A stretch of DNA of 61,630 bases from a virus (Duplodnaviria > Caudoviricetes): IMG/VR virus record IMGVR_UViG_3300031949_000034, positions 1 through 61,630 of that record. One strand, 5' to 3'. The notes beneath the pieces are model-generated. The model did no database searches. It was given only the letters and a program-made list of their open reading frames with translations, and was not told the origin of the DNA. The position numbers were made by a program, and so were the translations under genes. The first letter of the stretch is position 1. The number at the start of each line of letters is the position of its first letter. Below, one piece after another: positions 37,141 through 47,137 of the stretch.

Positions 37141-37517
37141 CAGCGGCGGCCCTTCTTGTTCGAGACGAGGCCCATGATGCCGAGCCCGATCGGGCCGGTG
37201 GCGAGCCCCACGGGCACGCCGATCCAGCCCCACAATTTCTCCTTGCTCGAGCTTGGGGCCATGGCCTTGCCGGCCTGGTAGGAGAGCGCCGCTATGGCTA
37301 ACGCAAAGAAGGCGTAGTAGAGCGTATCGTCGTGGTCTATAGACCCAACTCCGCCAGCGGGCTGATCGAGCGCGCGGAGCATTCCGAACGCCGGCGATAG
37401 GGCGAGCCCCACCCCGAGCACCTGATCGGGGTGGCCAGACGAGGGCAGCGGATACGGGGGCGTATCGAAGCTCATCATCCGGGAGAAGATCGTGTCCTCT
37501 TGCGGAACGCGCATCAT
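37140..37517 (-). CDS. small membrane protein
   Basis: Two C-terminal hydrophobic segments. Confidence 0.65.
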   Translation of the reverse strand: MMRVPQEDTIFSRMMSFDTPPYPLPSSGHPDQVLGVGLALSPAFGMLRALDQPAGGVGSIDHDDTLYYAFFALAIAALSYQAGKAMAPSSSKEKLWGWIGVPVGLATGPIGLGIMGLVSNKKGRR

Positions 37518-38212
37518 CGGCGACCTCGCTTCACAGGCATGAGAGTCGCGGCGGTGATCCCGACGGCGACGCCCACGATCGCCAGAGCGATGACGAGCCG
37601 GCTCACATTCGGCCGAGCGTCTTCCGCGGCCCCGAGTCCCCCAATGGGGAAGGCGTAGTCCCGTGGGATCCACGTGGACTGGTCTGCCGGCAGGCCGTGG
37701 GGCTCCTCCGGGAGCGGGATCTCGTAGAGGAGCTGCGTCGCAGCGTAGGCGTCCTCCTGCGCCTGGTCGATGGCCACCGCGCCCGAGGGCACGAAGAGCA
37801 CGGCCTCGCCCGTCGTGCCGTCGATCACCGTGCTCGGCCGGTAGAACCTGTCCCGCACGATGTACCCGGGCAGGCTCTCATGATCGGCAAACACGCCTTC
37901 GTCGGGGTGGATGTTACCGTGGCTTCCGGCCGGATCGAAGACGCCATTGCCCTGCACGTCGTCGGCCTCAGCGAGCACGTTGAGCTCGTTCGGGTAGTCG
38001 CGAATGCCTTCGTCAGCGGTCATGCTGTCCTGTCCGAGACCGGCGAGGTTTCGTCCCCACGCGGCTCCGTAGACGTTGTACGCGGAATTCATCGAGCTCG
38101 GCCGCGTATCAGGCGGTCCGATCTCCTCGATCGACGGTAGCGATCCCCCGAAGAGCGGCGTCGAGTCGTAGACCGGGTACGGAGGCGCGAGCGGAAGGGT
38201 GCGGTTCGACAT
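37514..38212 (-). CDS. acidic tail-anchored protein
   Basis: LAGLG and IGGLG motifs; TM. Confidence 0.72.
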   Translation of the reverse strand: MSNRTLPLAPPYPVYDSTPLFGGSLPSIEEIGPPDTRPSSMNSAYNVYGAAWGRNLAGLGQDSMTADEGIRDYPNELNVLAEADDVQGNGVFDPAGSHGNIHPDEGVFADHESLPGYIVRDRFYRPSTVIDGTTGEAVLFVPSGAVAIDQAQEDAYAATQLLYEIPLPEEPHGLPADQSTWIPRDYAFPIGGLGAAEDARPNVSRLVIALAIVGVAVGITAATLMPVKRGRR

Positions 38213-38769
38213 CAGTACCTCATCATTCCATGACCCGGGGGCTCGTCGAGGCTCACGGTGTAGTAGGTGGTGACGCGCTCGAGCATCCCACGCTCGTCAG
38301 TGCCCGCGACCGGGTCGCAGATGATCGTTTTTTCGCTCCGGGGCTCGACCGTGCCCTCGAAGACGTGGCTGTAGGCGCCCGGGCCCCCGAATCCCACCAC
38401 GAAGAACTTCGCCACCCGTCCGAGGCACAGGTGCATGCAGCCGATCAGGGTCGCGATGTCGTCGCAGTCCCCGCTCGCGATCCCGTACTCGTCGACCTCC
38501 TCGATGAGCCGCTCGGGGTCCTTCACCATCTCGACGTGCAACTGGTCGTTGATGTAGCGGACGTTCTCGGTCACCCAGTAGCGGACGGCAAGAATCTCGC
38601 CCAGGTAGTCCTTACCCTGGAGGCCTCGGGTGATGTCCTCCACGCGGGTCCGGACGCGCATCGACTGCTCGCCGCGCGGACCCTGAGCCGCCTTCTGCAT
38701 CTCCCGCAGCGTGTCGGGGTGGCCGCTGAAGCCACTGAGCATGTACGCCGGCTGGTGCAGAGAGTGCAT
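38212..38769 (-). CDS. transglutaminase-like Cys protease (candidate maturation protease)
   Basis: GDCDD...YSHV...ICDP Cys-His-Asp triad. Confidence 0.82.
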   Translation of the reverse strand: MHSLHQPAYMLSGFSGHPDTLREMQKAAQGPRGEQSMRVRTRVEDITRGLQGKDYLGEILAVRYWVTENVRYINDQLHVEMVKDPERLIEEVDEYGIASGDCDDIATLIGCMHLCLGRVAKFFVVGFGGPGAYSHVFEGTVEPRSEKTIICDPVAGTDERGMLERVTTYYTVSLDEPPGHGMMRY

Positions 38770-38815
38770 AGGTATCCCAACGCGCGGCGTCGGAAGCGCC
38801 CAGCACCCGGAAACT

Positions 38816-39103
38816 CTACTTGGAGCGGCCAGCTAACTCAAGCGTGCTCGGTTTCAGGGCCGGTTTCCGTGCCCGGGCCGCCAAAGCCGGAGCGCGGAGG
38901 AGCTGCCAGCGGCGTGCCGAGCACGCTCCGGGGCTCCTCCCGAGCGTCTTCGCCGCCACGAACGCGGGGTGCTTCCGCCACTCCCCCATCCACTTCACCC
39001 GCCGATCGCCCGCTGCGAAGATGTTGAGGAGCCGCCGGTCCTCGACGGGATGCCAAGGCTCCCTGTTCCGGAAGCATGCGGCGCGCCAATCTGGATCCAT
39101 CAC
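38816..39103 (-). CDS. Myb-like HTH protein
   Basis: PWHPVEDRRL...AKTLGRSPGACSARR. Confidence 0.6.
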   Translation of the reverse strand: MMDPDWRAACFRNREPWHPVEDRRLLNIFAAGDRRVKWMGEWRKHPAFVAAKTLGRSPGACSARRWQLLRAPALAARARKPALKPSTLELAGRSK

Positions 39104-39112
39104 GAGCGCTCC

Positions 39113-39580
39113 TTAGCCGGGTACCGTGATGCTAGTCATGACCGCGCCCATGTAGCGTGTGCCCATCTGGGCGCCGGCGAGATACGTGTCGACCTCGATC
39201 ACTGTTTCGACTCCGCCCGGCTCCAGGAAGCGAGCCGCGATCAGAGACTGCACCCGCGCGCGGGCAGCCGCGAGCGCCGACGCTTGCGCTGCCTGGTAGA
39301 AGAAGAGCCTGATGATGCTCGGGGCGCCCCCGTCCACGAACACGACGTTCTCTCCCAGCTTTTTTGCCCACTGCGTGTGCAGCACGAACGTGTGCCCGTC
39401 GCCGCCTCCAGCTAGATCGATGTGCGAGAGAGATAGGCCCGCCAAGATCATCTCATTGGCCAGCGCCTCGAACGCTTCCGCCATGTCGTCGGCCTGAGTC
39501 GCCTGCAGGAAGCGCGTGACGACGGTCTGGACCGCGGCGCCTACGACCCGTAGACTGGTCGTGCTTCGGTATCGCGCCAT
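39113..39580 (-). CDS. conserved hypothetical protein, paralog of 1517-1984
   Basis: Roughly 60% identity by eye. Confidence 0.85.
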   Translation of the reverse strand: MARYRSTTSLRVVGAAVQTVVTRFLQATQADDMAEAFEALANEMILAGLSLSHIDLAGGGDGHTFVLHTQWAKKLGENVVFVDGGAPSIIRLFFYQAAQASALAAARARVQSLIAARFLEPGGVETVIEVDTYLAGAQMGTRYMGAVMTSITVPG

Positions 39581-39937
39581 TACGAATGGGAAGTGTGCCG
39601 TCGGGGTGGCCCGCCTGTCAATCGCTGCCCCATCACCACTTGATCCGAACGTCCACACGGTTTGGGATCCATCAGTGCCTCCCCGGGTGCCGCATCAGCG
39701 CGGCGCGCTCCCGACGTTCCGGGTCCCGCGCCTTCTGCCGAGCAAACCATCCTTCCGACCGAAGCGCGATGTCGGGCTCCGTGTGCCGTAGCTCCTGGGG
39801 CTGTTGCCGCCAGAAAGCCGGGACGGAATTGATCTCGTGGACCTCCTTCGATCTCCCGTAGAGTGGGTCCAGTCCGATCACCAGGCGGAGAGCGTTCATG
39901 AAGCGCTGCAACTCCGCCGCTTCCCTGCCGCAGCGGT

Positions 39938-40270
39938 TCACTCCCACGGAAGCCTGACCTTCGCTGCCCGTTCCCGCTGGGCGCGCTGCTCGGCGGGGCT
40001 CAACCGGCTGAAAAGGTTTGCGGCGCCGGCGTCGCGCTCGACAGCCCTCCCCTTCTCGTAGTCCGAATACACCTCCCCGATCTTCTTCCGCTGCGCCTCG
40101 GAGAGGTGACCACGGTCGTCGAACTGCTCGCGGATGCTGAGCAGGAAGTTCCGCTCCCACTCCGTGAGGTAGGCGCCGCCACGCTCAGTCGGCACGGCGG
40201 CCGCCTCCTCGAGCTCAGTGAGCTGCTCGATGGCCATGGCATGCACCGAATCGATCTCTCCTGCTTTCAC
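39938..40270 (-). CDS. hypothetical protein
   Basis: LTEWERNFLLSI...LSEAQ. Confidence 0.6.
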   Translation of the reverse strand: MKAGEIDSVHAMAIEQLTELEEAAAVPTERGGAYLTEWERNFLLSIREQFDDRGHLSEAQRKKIGEVYSDYEKGRAVERDAGAANLFSRLSPAEQRAQRERAAKVRLPWE

Positions 40271-40650
40271 GCCGGCTCCTTTTGCGTCGGCAGAACCACC
40301 TCGTACTTGAACCGCTCGAATACCCACGGAAATCGTGCCCGCGCCATCGAGCACATTTCCTCAGCCGACCAGGTACCCGCGACAACGAAGGTCGAGTGAC
40401 TTCCCGGTCGGCTGTCGATGCTGTTATCCCACCACGACAGGGAGGTCCAGCCGTGCGCGTGCATGAGGCGCGCGACGCCGTTTGCCACGGCGGCCCTACC
40501 CTCCTGCAGCGGCGTCAGCCCTCCGTCGATCCAATGGCCCCAGGGCTGGATCGTGTCGGTTTCCTTCCAGCTCACCTTGTGCTGGTTCTCGCGCCACAGG
40601 TAGTGACCGGGCTCGGCGAGGCACCCGCAGTAGAACATTGGCGCGTTCAT
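40267..40650 (-). CDS. hypothetical phage protein
   Basis: GHYLW...GWTSLSWWDNSIDSRPGSHS. Confidence 0.65.
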   Translation of the reverse strand: MNAPMFYCGCLAEPGHYLWRENQHKVSWKETDTIQPWGHWIDGGLTPLQEGRAAVANGVARLMHAHGWTSLSWWDNSIDSRPGSHSTFVVAGTWSAEEMCSMARARFPWVFERFKYEVVLPTQKEPA

Positions 40651-40919
40651 GGCATGCACCCCCAGTCCGAGCACTCGGCGACATCCACCCGCGCGTCGTA
40701 GCCGTGGTCCTTGTCGTGGTTCCCGGTGAGCCACACGTCTCCGAATCGGCTGGCCCCGGTCACGCGGTATCGCCGCCCCTGCCACGTGCAGAAGAGGCGA
40801 CTCGTGACGAACTTCCGCGCGAGGACCTGCATTGCCGCCGGCAGCCGGAACAGCATGAACATCCAACGCGCGTAAGCGTCCTGGTCGTAGTCGTTGATGA
40901 ACTTGTCCACGTGGGTCAC
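40647..40919 (-). CDS. hypothetical phage protein
   Basis: RYRVTGASRFGDVWL; 4-bp overlap. Confidence 0.65.
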   Translation of the reverse strand: MTHVDKFINDYDQDAYARWMFMLFRLPAAMQVLARKFVTSRLFCTWQGRRYRVTGASRFGDVWLTGNHDKDHGYDARVDVAECSDWGCMP

Positions 40920-41179
40920 TGGAGGTTACCTTGTGCGAAGGCTTCTTCGACGATCTTGCGCAACGCTTTCTCCCAGCTCTCGAGCGACTGGTCCTCGCTT
41001 TCGCTTTTCGGCATCGCAGTTGTTGCAGCGGTAGACTTTGACCGCCGGCTTTTCCTGCAGCGTGCCGAACAGTTGCCAGATGTGGCGACACTCGGGGGCG
41101 CGGTGCGTGCAAGTCCAGTCGCGTCCATCGATGTAGACGGTACCCGAGCAGTCAGCCACGAACCCGGGGCACATTCGGG

Positions 41180-41485
41180 TCATCTCGTCCCTTCCTGTCG
41201 GACGTAGGGGGCCCAGTCCAGCGCGAGCCAGTCGGGGGACCTCGGAGCATGCTCGTCACACGCGCCCAGGTCGCCGTTTTGGTACGTCGCTGGTCGATTG
41301 CAGCGGGCACCGTCGTTGTGATCACAGAGGGGCAGCTCGGAGATGAGCCCCGCGAGCTCGGCGCGGAGACGGTCCACTTCTGCGAGAAGTTCCTCGGCCC
41401 TTGGTTCCGGCTCGCCAGCGTTGGCGGCTGCCAGAATGCACTCGCGTGTTTCACGTAGACGCTCTTCGGTCATCTCGTCAGCCAT
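41180..41485 (-). CDS. hypothetical phage protein
   Basis: LLAEVDRLRAE. Confidence 0.55.
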   Translation of the reverse strand: MADEMTEERLRETRECILAAANAGEPEPRAEELLAEVDRLRAELAGLISELPLCDHNDGARCNRPATYQNGDLGACDEHAPRSPDWLALDWAPYVRQEGTR

Positions 41486-42104
41486 CGGGGCGGGGCCTTT
41501 CGGGGACAGTGGGCCCGACGCTGTCAAGCCATGCCAGAACATCCGCGGCGCGGAAGTCCACCATCGTGCGCTTCGGCCCCACCTCGCCAACGACACGACC
41601 CGTCGGACTGCCCGGGCCAGCGAGGCGCATCCGTTCGCCTCGCCCCATGGCGCGCGGCAGCACGAGCTGGACGTAGTCCTTGCCGGGGTGAGTGCACGCT
41701 GCGCGGAGATCGGAGAGATCCACCTTACGCCTTCCCCTTCCGCCCGCGGGGCTTGGGGCGAACTCTATCCACATCGGCACCACGTTTCAGTTCGGTGTAG
41801 GTGCGGAAATCGTTCTTAACCTCGTACGCCACGCCAACTATTTTGCCGGTGGCCCAGCCGGTGGGCGACGAGTCCCTGCGCCACCGCACGCGAGTGCCAC
41901 GCCGCATCACCATCCACTTCGCCGTGGGAGTCATCAGCGCTCAATGCCCCCAACTTTCGATCACCTTGCACACGGTGCACACGTAGCCGTCGCGGAACTC
42001 CTGGCACCGCGCGTAGCCGTCCTGGTACTGCGCGAAGCAATGCACCCGTCCCAATAGCGTCACGAGCGCGAGCATGCCGGCCGCGAGGCCCACTACCACC
42101 ACCA

Positions 42105-42383
42105 TCACTTGCTGCCCTTCGCCAACATCTCCCAGCTCGCATCCTCGGATGCCGCGACGGCTTCCAGGTGGGCGATCTGATCCGGCAGGGGATCGATCTT
42201 CTCGTGGAGAGCGTCCACGCGGAGGCGCGCCTCGACCAGCGCGTCCTTGGCGGCACCGTAGGCTTCCAGGGCGTCGTCGAGCTCTAGCTGGTACTGAATC
42301 CGGACGTTCTTCAGGTGCCCGGCGCGGTCCTTCGCCAGCTTACGAACGGTCTCGGGCGAGTTCCAGTCCGCTGCGTCTGTCAT
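42105..42383 (-). CDS. coiled-coil hypothetical protein
   Basis: AGGAG RBS; overlaps the upstream stop. Confidence 0.6.
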   Translation of the reverse strand: MTDAADWNSPETVRKLAKDRAGHLKNVRIQYQLELDDALEAYGAAKDALVEARLRVDALHEKIDPLPDQIAHLEAVAASEDASWEMLAKGSK

Positions 42384-43117
42384 GTTCGGCTTACTCCTAC
42401 GAGGTGCGTGGCCTGCTCCAGGATGAGCGCCACCTTCTCGAGATCGAACTTGTCCCCCGTCCGCGCTCCCGTCTCGAGGTCCACGCCGAAGGTGTCCGGC
42501 ACAGGCGAGGACAGGGCTCCAGGCGGCCGCAGGACCGATAGCCCCTCGACTACGCTCGCGAAGTTCTCCGGAGTGATTCCTCCGGAGTAGGCGATGTGCC
42601 ACGTGTTCGGCGGAGCCGGCCACTTCTTCGGGGCCGTGCCCGTGCCGCCAGAGGCGTCGAACAGGATCACAAACCGATGACTTCCTCCTCTGACCCGACA
42701 CAGGTTGCACGCCATCGCGAGGGTATCGTCGTCGTACACCTGCAGGATCCACTGCCGGGTGAGGTACGTGTGCATGAGGCCTACGATTCCGTCGTAAGCA
42801 CTTCGCCCGAAGCCGTTGAGCTGTACCCGTACGTACGGGGTGGACTCGACTCGCCCGATCCATTCCTCGCGCCCCGCAAGCGTCTGCCGCGCGAGTTCCC
42901 CGCAGAGGTGCGCCGAGAGATTCATGGCGCGGTTCTGCTCCCAGACTTGCTCGAGGCTCTGGCGCCACTTGAAACTCGGATACCGCGGCTGGCCCTCTCT
43001 CGTCTTCGAGAAGAGGATGCCCCACTCCACGAACGGATACCGCCGGCTCAGGTTTCCGAGCTGTGCAGGCTCGACGTCGTCGTCGGCCCCGGTGATCGTA
43101 ACCCGCGTGAGTCTCAT
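42380..43117 (-). CDS. PRAI-like TIM-barrel protein
   Basis: VTITGAD, EWGIL, HLCG, DASGGTG, YSGGITPEN, DLETG. Confidence 0.7.
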   Translation of the reverse strand: MRLTRVTITGADDDVEPAQLGNLSRRYPFVEWGILFSKTREGQPRYPSFKWRQSLEQVWEQNRAMNLSAHLCGELARQTLAGREEWIGRVESTPYVRVQLNGFGRSAYDGIVGLMHTYLTRQWILQVYDDDTLAMACNLCRVRGGSHRFVILFDASGGTGTAPKKWPAPPNTWHIAYSGGITPENFASVVEGLSVLRPPGALSSPVPDTFGVDLETGARTGDKFDLEKVALILEQATHLVGVSRT

Positions 43118-43295
43118 GACGGCTTGTCGTCCTTTCTGTCCGCGCCGACGCCTCGCCGCACTGGCGGACGAAACTCTTCCGGCACCTGTACGGTCGTATC
43201 CGTATCGAGCGCTTTCTTCAGATGGGCGAGCGCCGAGAAGGCGGTACTCGCGGAGACCCACCACGCCGCATGCGGACTCTTGATCTCGTAGAGCT

Positions 43296-45767
43296 TCACC
43301 CAGGCGCTCCTGCGGCGGGCGCGGCGAGACGGGCACGGACGCGGCCGATGATCGCGACCCAGCACGACTCGAGCCATTTTCTGCCGTCACGGCGGAGGAT
43401 GGGAGAGCTCGCCCCGTCCGGCATCGAGACGATTGCCTCGATGAGGTGGTCGAGCCTGTACTGGCTCACGAGACCCGCCACGGGCTCCGGGTAGAGTTGC
43501 TCGAGCCGCTCGGCGAACGCCTCTGCCGGAAAGCCCGCCTCGAGCGCGCGTTCGATCTCTGCCCGGAGGGTCACCACTATCTCCGGGGCGAGGAGTCCCC
43601 CGCCCGCCGGCGGAGCCCCATTGCTCGGTGCCGGCGCGGCCGGCGGCGGGGCAGCCGCCGCGGCAGGAGCAGGCGCGCCCGGCGCGGGCGGCGGCTCCTG
43701 CATGCCCATCGGCGTCGCTGGGATGCCGACCGGACTCATGGGAGGCGGCGCCCCGACCTTCGTGGCCCACGCCACTCCCCGCGAGGAAGCGGCCGGAGGG
43801 CGCTGCTGCTGCGGCGGTCCCTGCGGACGCGCGCCCGGCGGCAGCTGCGGCATGCCGCCCTGAGCCGTCCGCCCCGCCGTGAACTTGTCCACCACCGCGG
43901 GTAGCCAGGTACCGATGTCCTCGAGCGCCTTGCTCGCACCGGCACTGATCCCGGCGACGAATCGCTCGCCGGTCGTCTTCGGCCCGTTGTCGTCGGGCTT
44001 CACGTAGCCGTACGCCTCGGCGAGCTCGTCCGCCTTCTCCTTCGCCTTGATCGGATCCTTGGCGTCCTCCGCCTCCTCACGGGCCTCCTGCGCCTCGTGC
44101 TCGAAGCGCTTCGCCCGCTCGCGCTCGTTCTCGATCCGGAATTCCAGCGTCGTCTTCTGGCTCTCCGCGCGTGTCGTGTACTGCTCGCTCAGCATGCGGA
44201 GCTCGCGCTCCTGCTGCTCCTTGATGTCCTTGATGCGGTCGTCGTAGCGACGCTCTGTCTCCTTCACACGGGCGTCGGTGACCTCCCGCTCGCGCTTGCG
44301 CGTCTCGTCGAGCTCCTCCCGGAGCTCGCTGACGCGACGGCGGATCTCGTCCTCCCGCTCCACGAGCTTCGTCTTGTAGAAGTTCTCGAGATCGCGGTAG
44401 CGCGCCTGCTCGCGGCTCATCTCGTCGACCTGCCGCTCCTTCAGCGCCTTCACGGTGTCGTCGCACGACGCGCGGACCTGCCGGATCTCGGCCTCGTGCG
44501 CGTCCCGCATCCGGGTCGTGAGCTCCGCCGTCTGCCCCGGGGGCGACAGGTGCTTCGCGAACTCCACGAAATCGTTCGGGCTCGTCGCCCGAGCGGTCTG
44601 CACGGTCCGGAGCTCCGTCTCGATCGTCTGCATCCGCTCGGCGAGCGCCTTCTTCTCGTCCTTCTCGCGGTTGATCTGCTCGAGAAGCGACTGCTCCCGT
44701 CGCTCGGCGGACTTCCGCTCGGCCTCGAGCACCCTGTCCTGGCTGCCCGTCACGACCTGCAGGATGTCTTTGGTGCCCGCCGCGTTGCCAGTCTCGGCCC
44801 GCTCCCGCAGGCGGGCGTTCTCCTTGTCGGTCCGATCGAGCAGCGTCGTCACGAACTCCAGGTTACCCTTGTGCACCTGCGCCGCGGCCGGGGTGAGCGG
44901 GCCCTGGAGGAAACTGGCGAAGGGGTTCGAGGGGTCTTGCATGGGGGGGTCCTGCTTGGAAGCGGGTGGTCTCGGATCCGGCAGGACCCGAAGGTTGGGC
45001 GGGTAGATCGGGACCGTCACCTTGATGGCATCGGTCTTCCTCACTATTTTCGGCAGCTCGGTATTCTCGTCGCGCCGGCCGCGCGGGTCGGGGCCCCACA
45101 CGGTCACCTCGTACTCGCGGCCGCCGAAGTAGCTCTGAAACTCCGCCTCTGTGATGGGGTGAGTGATCTTCGCGATCTCCCCGGAGCAGGGGACGCTTTC
45201 CCACACCTTGGGAAGCGTGCGCTCGACGCGGAGGTGGTTCTCGCCCTCTCCGATGCCGACGGGAAAGTGGGCAAAGAGGTCCCCGAGAAAGCGGATCGGG
45301 TTGGCGCGGAGGCGCACGTCGTCTTCTTCGAAGAGCGCCTTCGCGGCTCCGATCGAGACATGCTCACGCCGGCGAGCATCGATCTCCGTATCGGGCACGG
45401 CCGTCTCGACCCAGTCGTCCTCCTCGCCTCCCTCCGCCTCGGCCGCCTCGCGGGGCTCGGGCGCCGCCGGCGCCAACTGCCGAGCCGCGTGCTTCTTGGC
45501 GATGTGCTCGATATCTGGCTTCTCCGGGTGCTCCGCCCGCAGACGCTCCCGATCGGCCTCCGTCGCCTTCGTGAAGGCGTCCGGATCGATGCCGCGGGCC
45601 TTCGCCTCCTTCCGGAGTTTCTTGGCGTGGCGCATCCGAAGCGCGCTCAGTTCCTTCGGGGAGAACTCCCTCATGCGCGCGTAGGGAAGGCCGTTCGCTC
45701 GCGCGAGCGCGAAGAGCTCCCGATCCACGGGCTCCTCCGGCACTTCACTCCGCGGCTCGGCAGTCAC
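43296..45767 (-). CDS. large coiled-coil protein
   Basis: Long E/R/K heptad region and Pro-rich linker; no Walker motif seen. Confidence 0.75.
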   Translation of the reverse strand: MTAEPRSEVPEEPVDRELFALARANGLPYARMREFSPKELSALRMRHAKKLRKEAKARGIDPDAFTKATEADRERLRAEHPEKPDIEHIAKKHAARQLAPAAPEPREAAEAEGGEEDDWVETAVPDTEIDARRREHVSIGAAKALFEEDDVRLRANPIRFLGDLFAHFPVGIGEGENHLRVERTLPKVWESVPCSGEIAKITHPITEAEFQSYFGGREYEVTVWGPDPRGRRDENTELPKIVRKTDAIKVTVPIYPPNLRVLPDPRPPASKQDPPMQDPSNPFASFLQGPLTPAAAQVHKGNLEFVTTLLDRTDKENARLRERAETGNAAGTKDILQVVTGSQDRVLEAERKSAERREQSLLEQINREKDEKKALAERMQTIETELRTVQTARATSPNDFVEFAKHLSPPGQTAELTTRMRDAHEAEIRQVRASCDDTVKALKERQVDEMSREQARYRDLENFYKTKLVEREDEIRRRVSELREELDETRKREREVTDARVKETERRYDDRIKDIKEQQERELRMLSEQYTTRAESQKTTLEFRIENERERAKRFEHEAQEAREEAEDAKDPIKAKEKADELAEAYGYVKPDDNGPKTTGERFVAGISAGASKALEDIGTWLPAVVDKFTAGRTAQGGMPQLPPGARPQGPPQQQRPPAASSRGVAWATKVGAPPPMSPVGIPATPMGMQEPPPAPGAPAPAAAAAPPPAAPAPSNGAPPAGGGLLAPEIVVTLRAEIERALEAGFPAEAFAERLEQLYPEPVAGLVSQYRLDHLIEAIVSMPDGASSPILRRDGRKWLESCWVAIIGRVRARLAAPAAGAPG

Positions 45768-46183
45768 GGCACGCCTCGCTCCGGGACTGGGTGCACCGGG
45801 ATGCCGCTCGTCCGAAAGCGCCGCGTCGCGTCCCGCGTGCCCGCGCCTCCCGGAAACGAGAGCCCCACGCCGCGATCGGGAGGCGCGGCACTCATGAGGA
45901 GATAGGCGACGCGGGTCATGAGCTCGTTTCGGATCGGGCCCGACACGCCGCCCAGGCGCCGCCAGATGCCGCGGGTCACCGGCACCCGCACCGTGAATAC
46001 GCCATGATCGTCCGCCCACTCCTTCGCGAACGCGTCCGCCCCGTCGCCGTCCCCATGGATGACGATCGCAGGCTTCACGCGATCGAGCTCCGCGAACACT
46101 TGCGCCCGATCACGATAGTCACGGCCGCCGGTCACGACCGCAATCGGCCCATCCCAGGGTGTCTCCCAGTTGGGGGCGTTCAT
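45764..46183 (-). CDS. SLOG/YspA-like (DUF2493-type) protein
   Basis: VVTGGRDY, IHGDGDGAD, GPIRN, FPGGAGT. Confidence 0.8.
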   Translation of the reverse strand: MNAPNWETPWDGPIAVVTGGRDYRDRAQVFAELDRVKPAIVIHGDGDGADAFAKEWADDHGVFTVRVPVTRGIWRRLGGVSGPIRNELMTRVAYLLMSAAPPDRGVGLSFPGGAGTRDATRRFRTSGIPVHPVPERGVP

Positions 46184-46824
46184 TCTGGCTTCCTTTGCTC
46201 GGCGCTCTCGACGCCGACCGCCGGCACATCGCCCTCGCGAAGCTCTGCGCGGACAAGGCCGAGACAGTCGTCCAGCAATGGCACCGAGTCGCGTAGCCCT
46301 CCCACCTCGAGCCGCCACAGCAGCGCCTTGAGCACGCTCTCCAATAGTCCGTCGTGTCCAGTGGACACTACGGTCAGTACTGCAGTGGCGCATGCCGCGG
46401 CGTCCAGCGCGGACCCCGCCACGCGCGCTAGCTCCCGGCGGAGGTACCACTCGGCCTTGCTGAGGTCCTGCTCACGATCGCCCTTCTTCCCGGCACGCCA
46501 GACGTACTTGACCGCGTTGCCCAGGTTGAACGACAGGTGTTCGCAGACCTCGATCGCCTGGACGCCGCTCGGATGCGAGGTGTAGTGCGGCGGGTTGTTC
46601 ACCATCTCTACCGGCTCGATGCGCTGGTTCCAGAGGAGGATGGCCTCCGCCTCGAGATCGACGGGGCCGTCCTCGTCCGGGTCCCGGCAACCGATCGTGG
46701 TCGCCGGCCCGTCGATCATGCACTCGTCGTTCTCGCAAACGATCCAGCACTCGGTGCCGCCCTCGGAATAGACGACGTCGAGCTCGGTGCCTCCGCAGAA
46801 CGGACACGGCGCCATCGCCATCAC
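46180..46824 (-). CDS. Lar-like Zn ribbon fused to DUF3310
   Basis: PCPFCGG; VNNPPHY...GNAVKYVWRAGKK...DLSKAEWYL. Confidence 0.8.
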   Translation of the reverse strand: MMAMAPCPFCGGTELDVVYSEGGTECWIVCENDECMIDGPATTIGCRDPDEDGPVDLEAEAILLWNQRIEPVEMVNNPPHYTSHPSGVQAIEVCEHLSFNLGNAVKYVWRAGKKGDREQDLSKAEWYLRRELARVAGSALDAAACATAVLTVVSTGHDGLLESVLKALLWRLEVGGLRDSVPLLDDCLGLVRAELREGDVPAVGVESAEQRKPE

Positions 46825-47137
46825 GCGCTCCCCGGCATGCGCTGCCGCGCGGCGGCGAGGAGCGCCGGGTCGAGGACGGCTTCGGCGCAGCTACTGCACA
46901 GAACTGCGCAGCGCGCCGGCACCTCTCCGACCGGGGTCACGAGCGTCATGTACCACCCGGTGGCGTTCGCACACTTGAAGAGGTCATCGCCTGTAAATGG
47001 CATGGCCATTACCAGACTGCGGGTGCAGTTCTGGGGCGGCTCGGAGAGCGGTCCGGCGCAGTGCAGGTCCACGTGCGTGCTCGCCACCCGGCTCTCGGTG
47101 ATGCCGCGGGCGGCGGCGGCGCGGCGGGCGCGGCGGT

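Noticed and set aside
43296-45767. SMC ATPase or tape measure protein
   Set aside because: No Walker motifs and no tail gene context.
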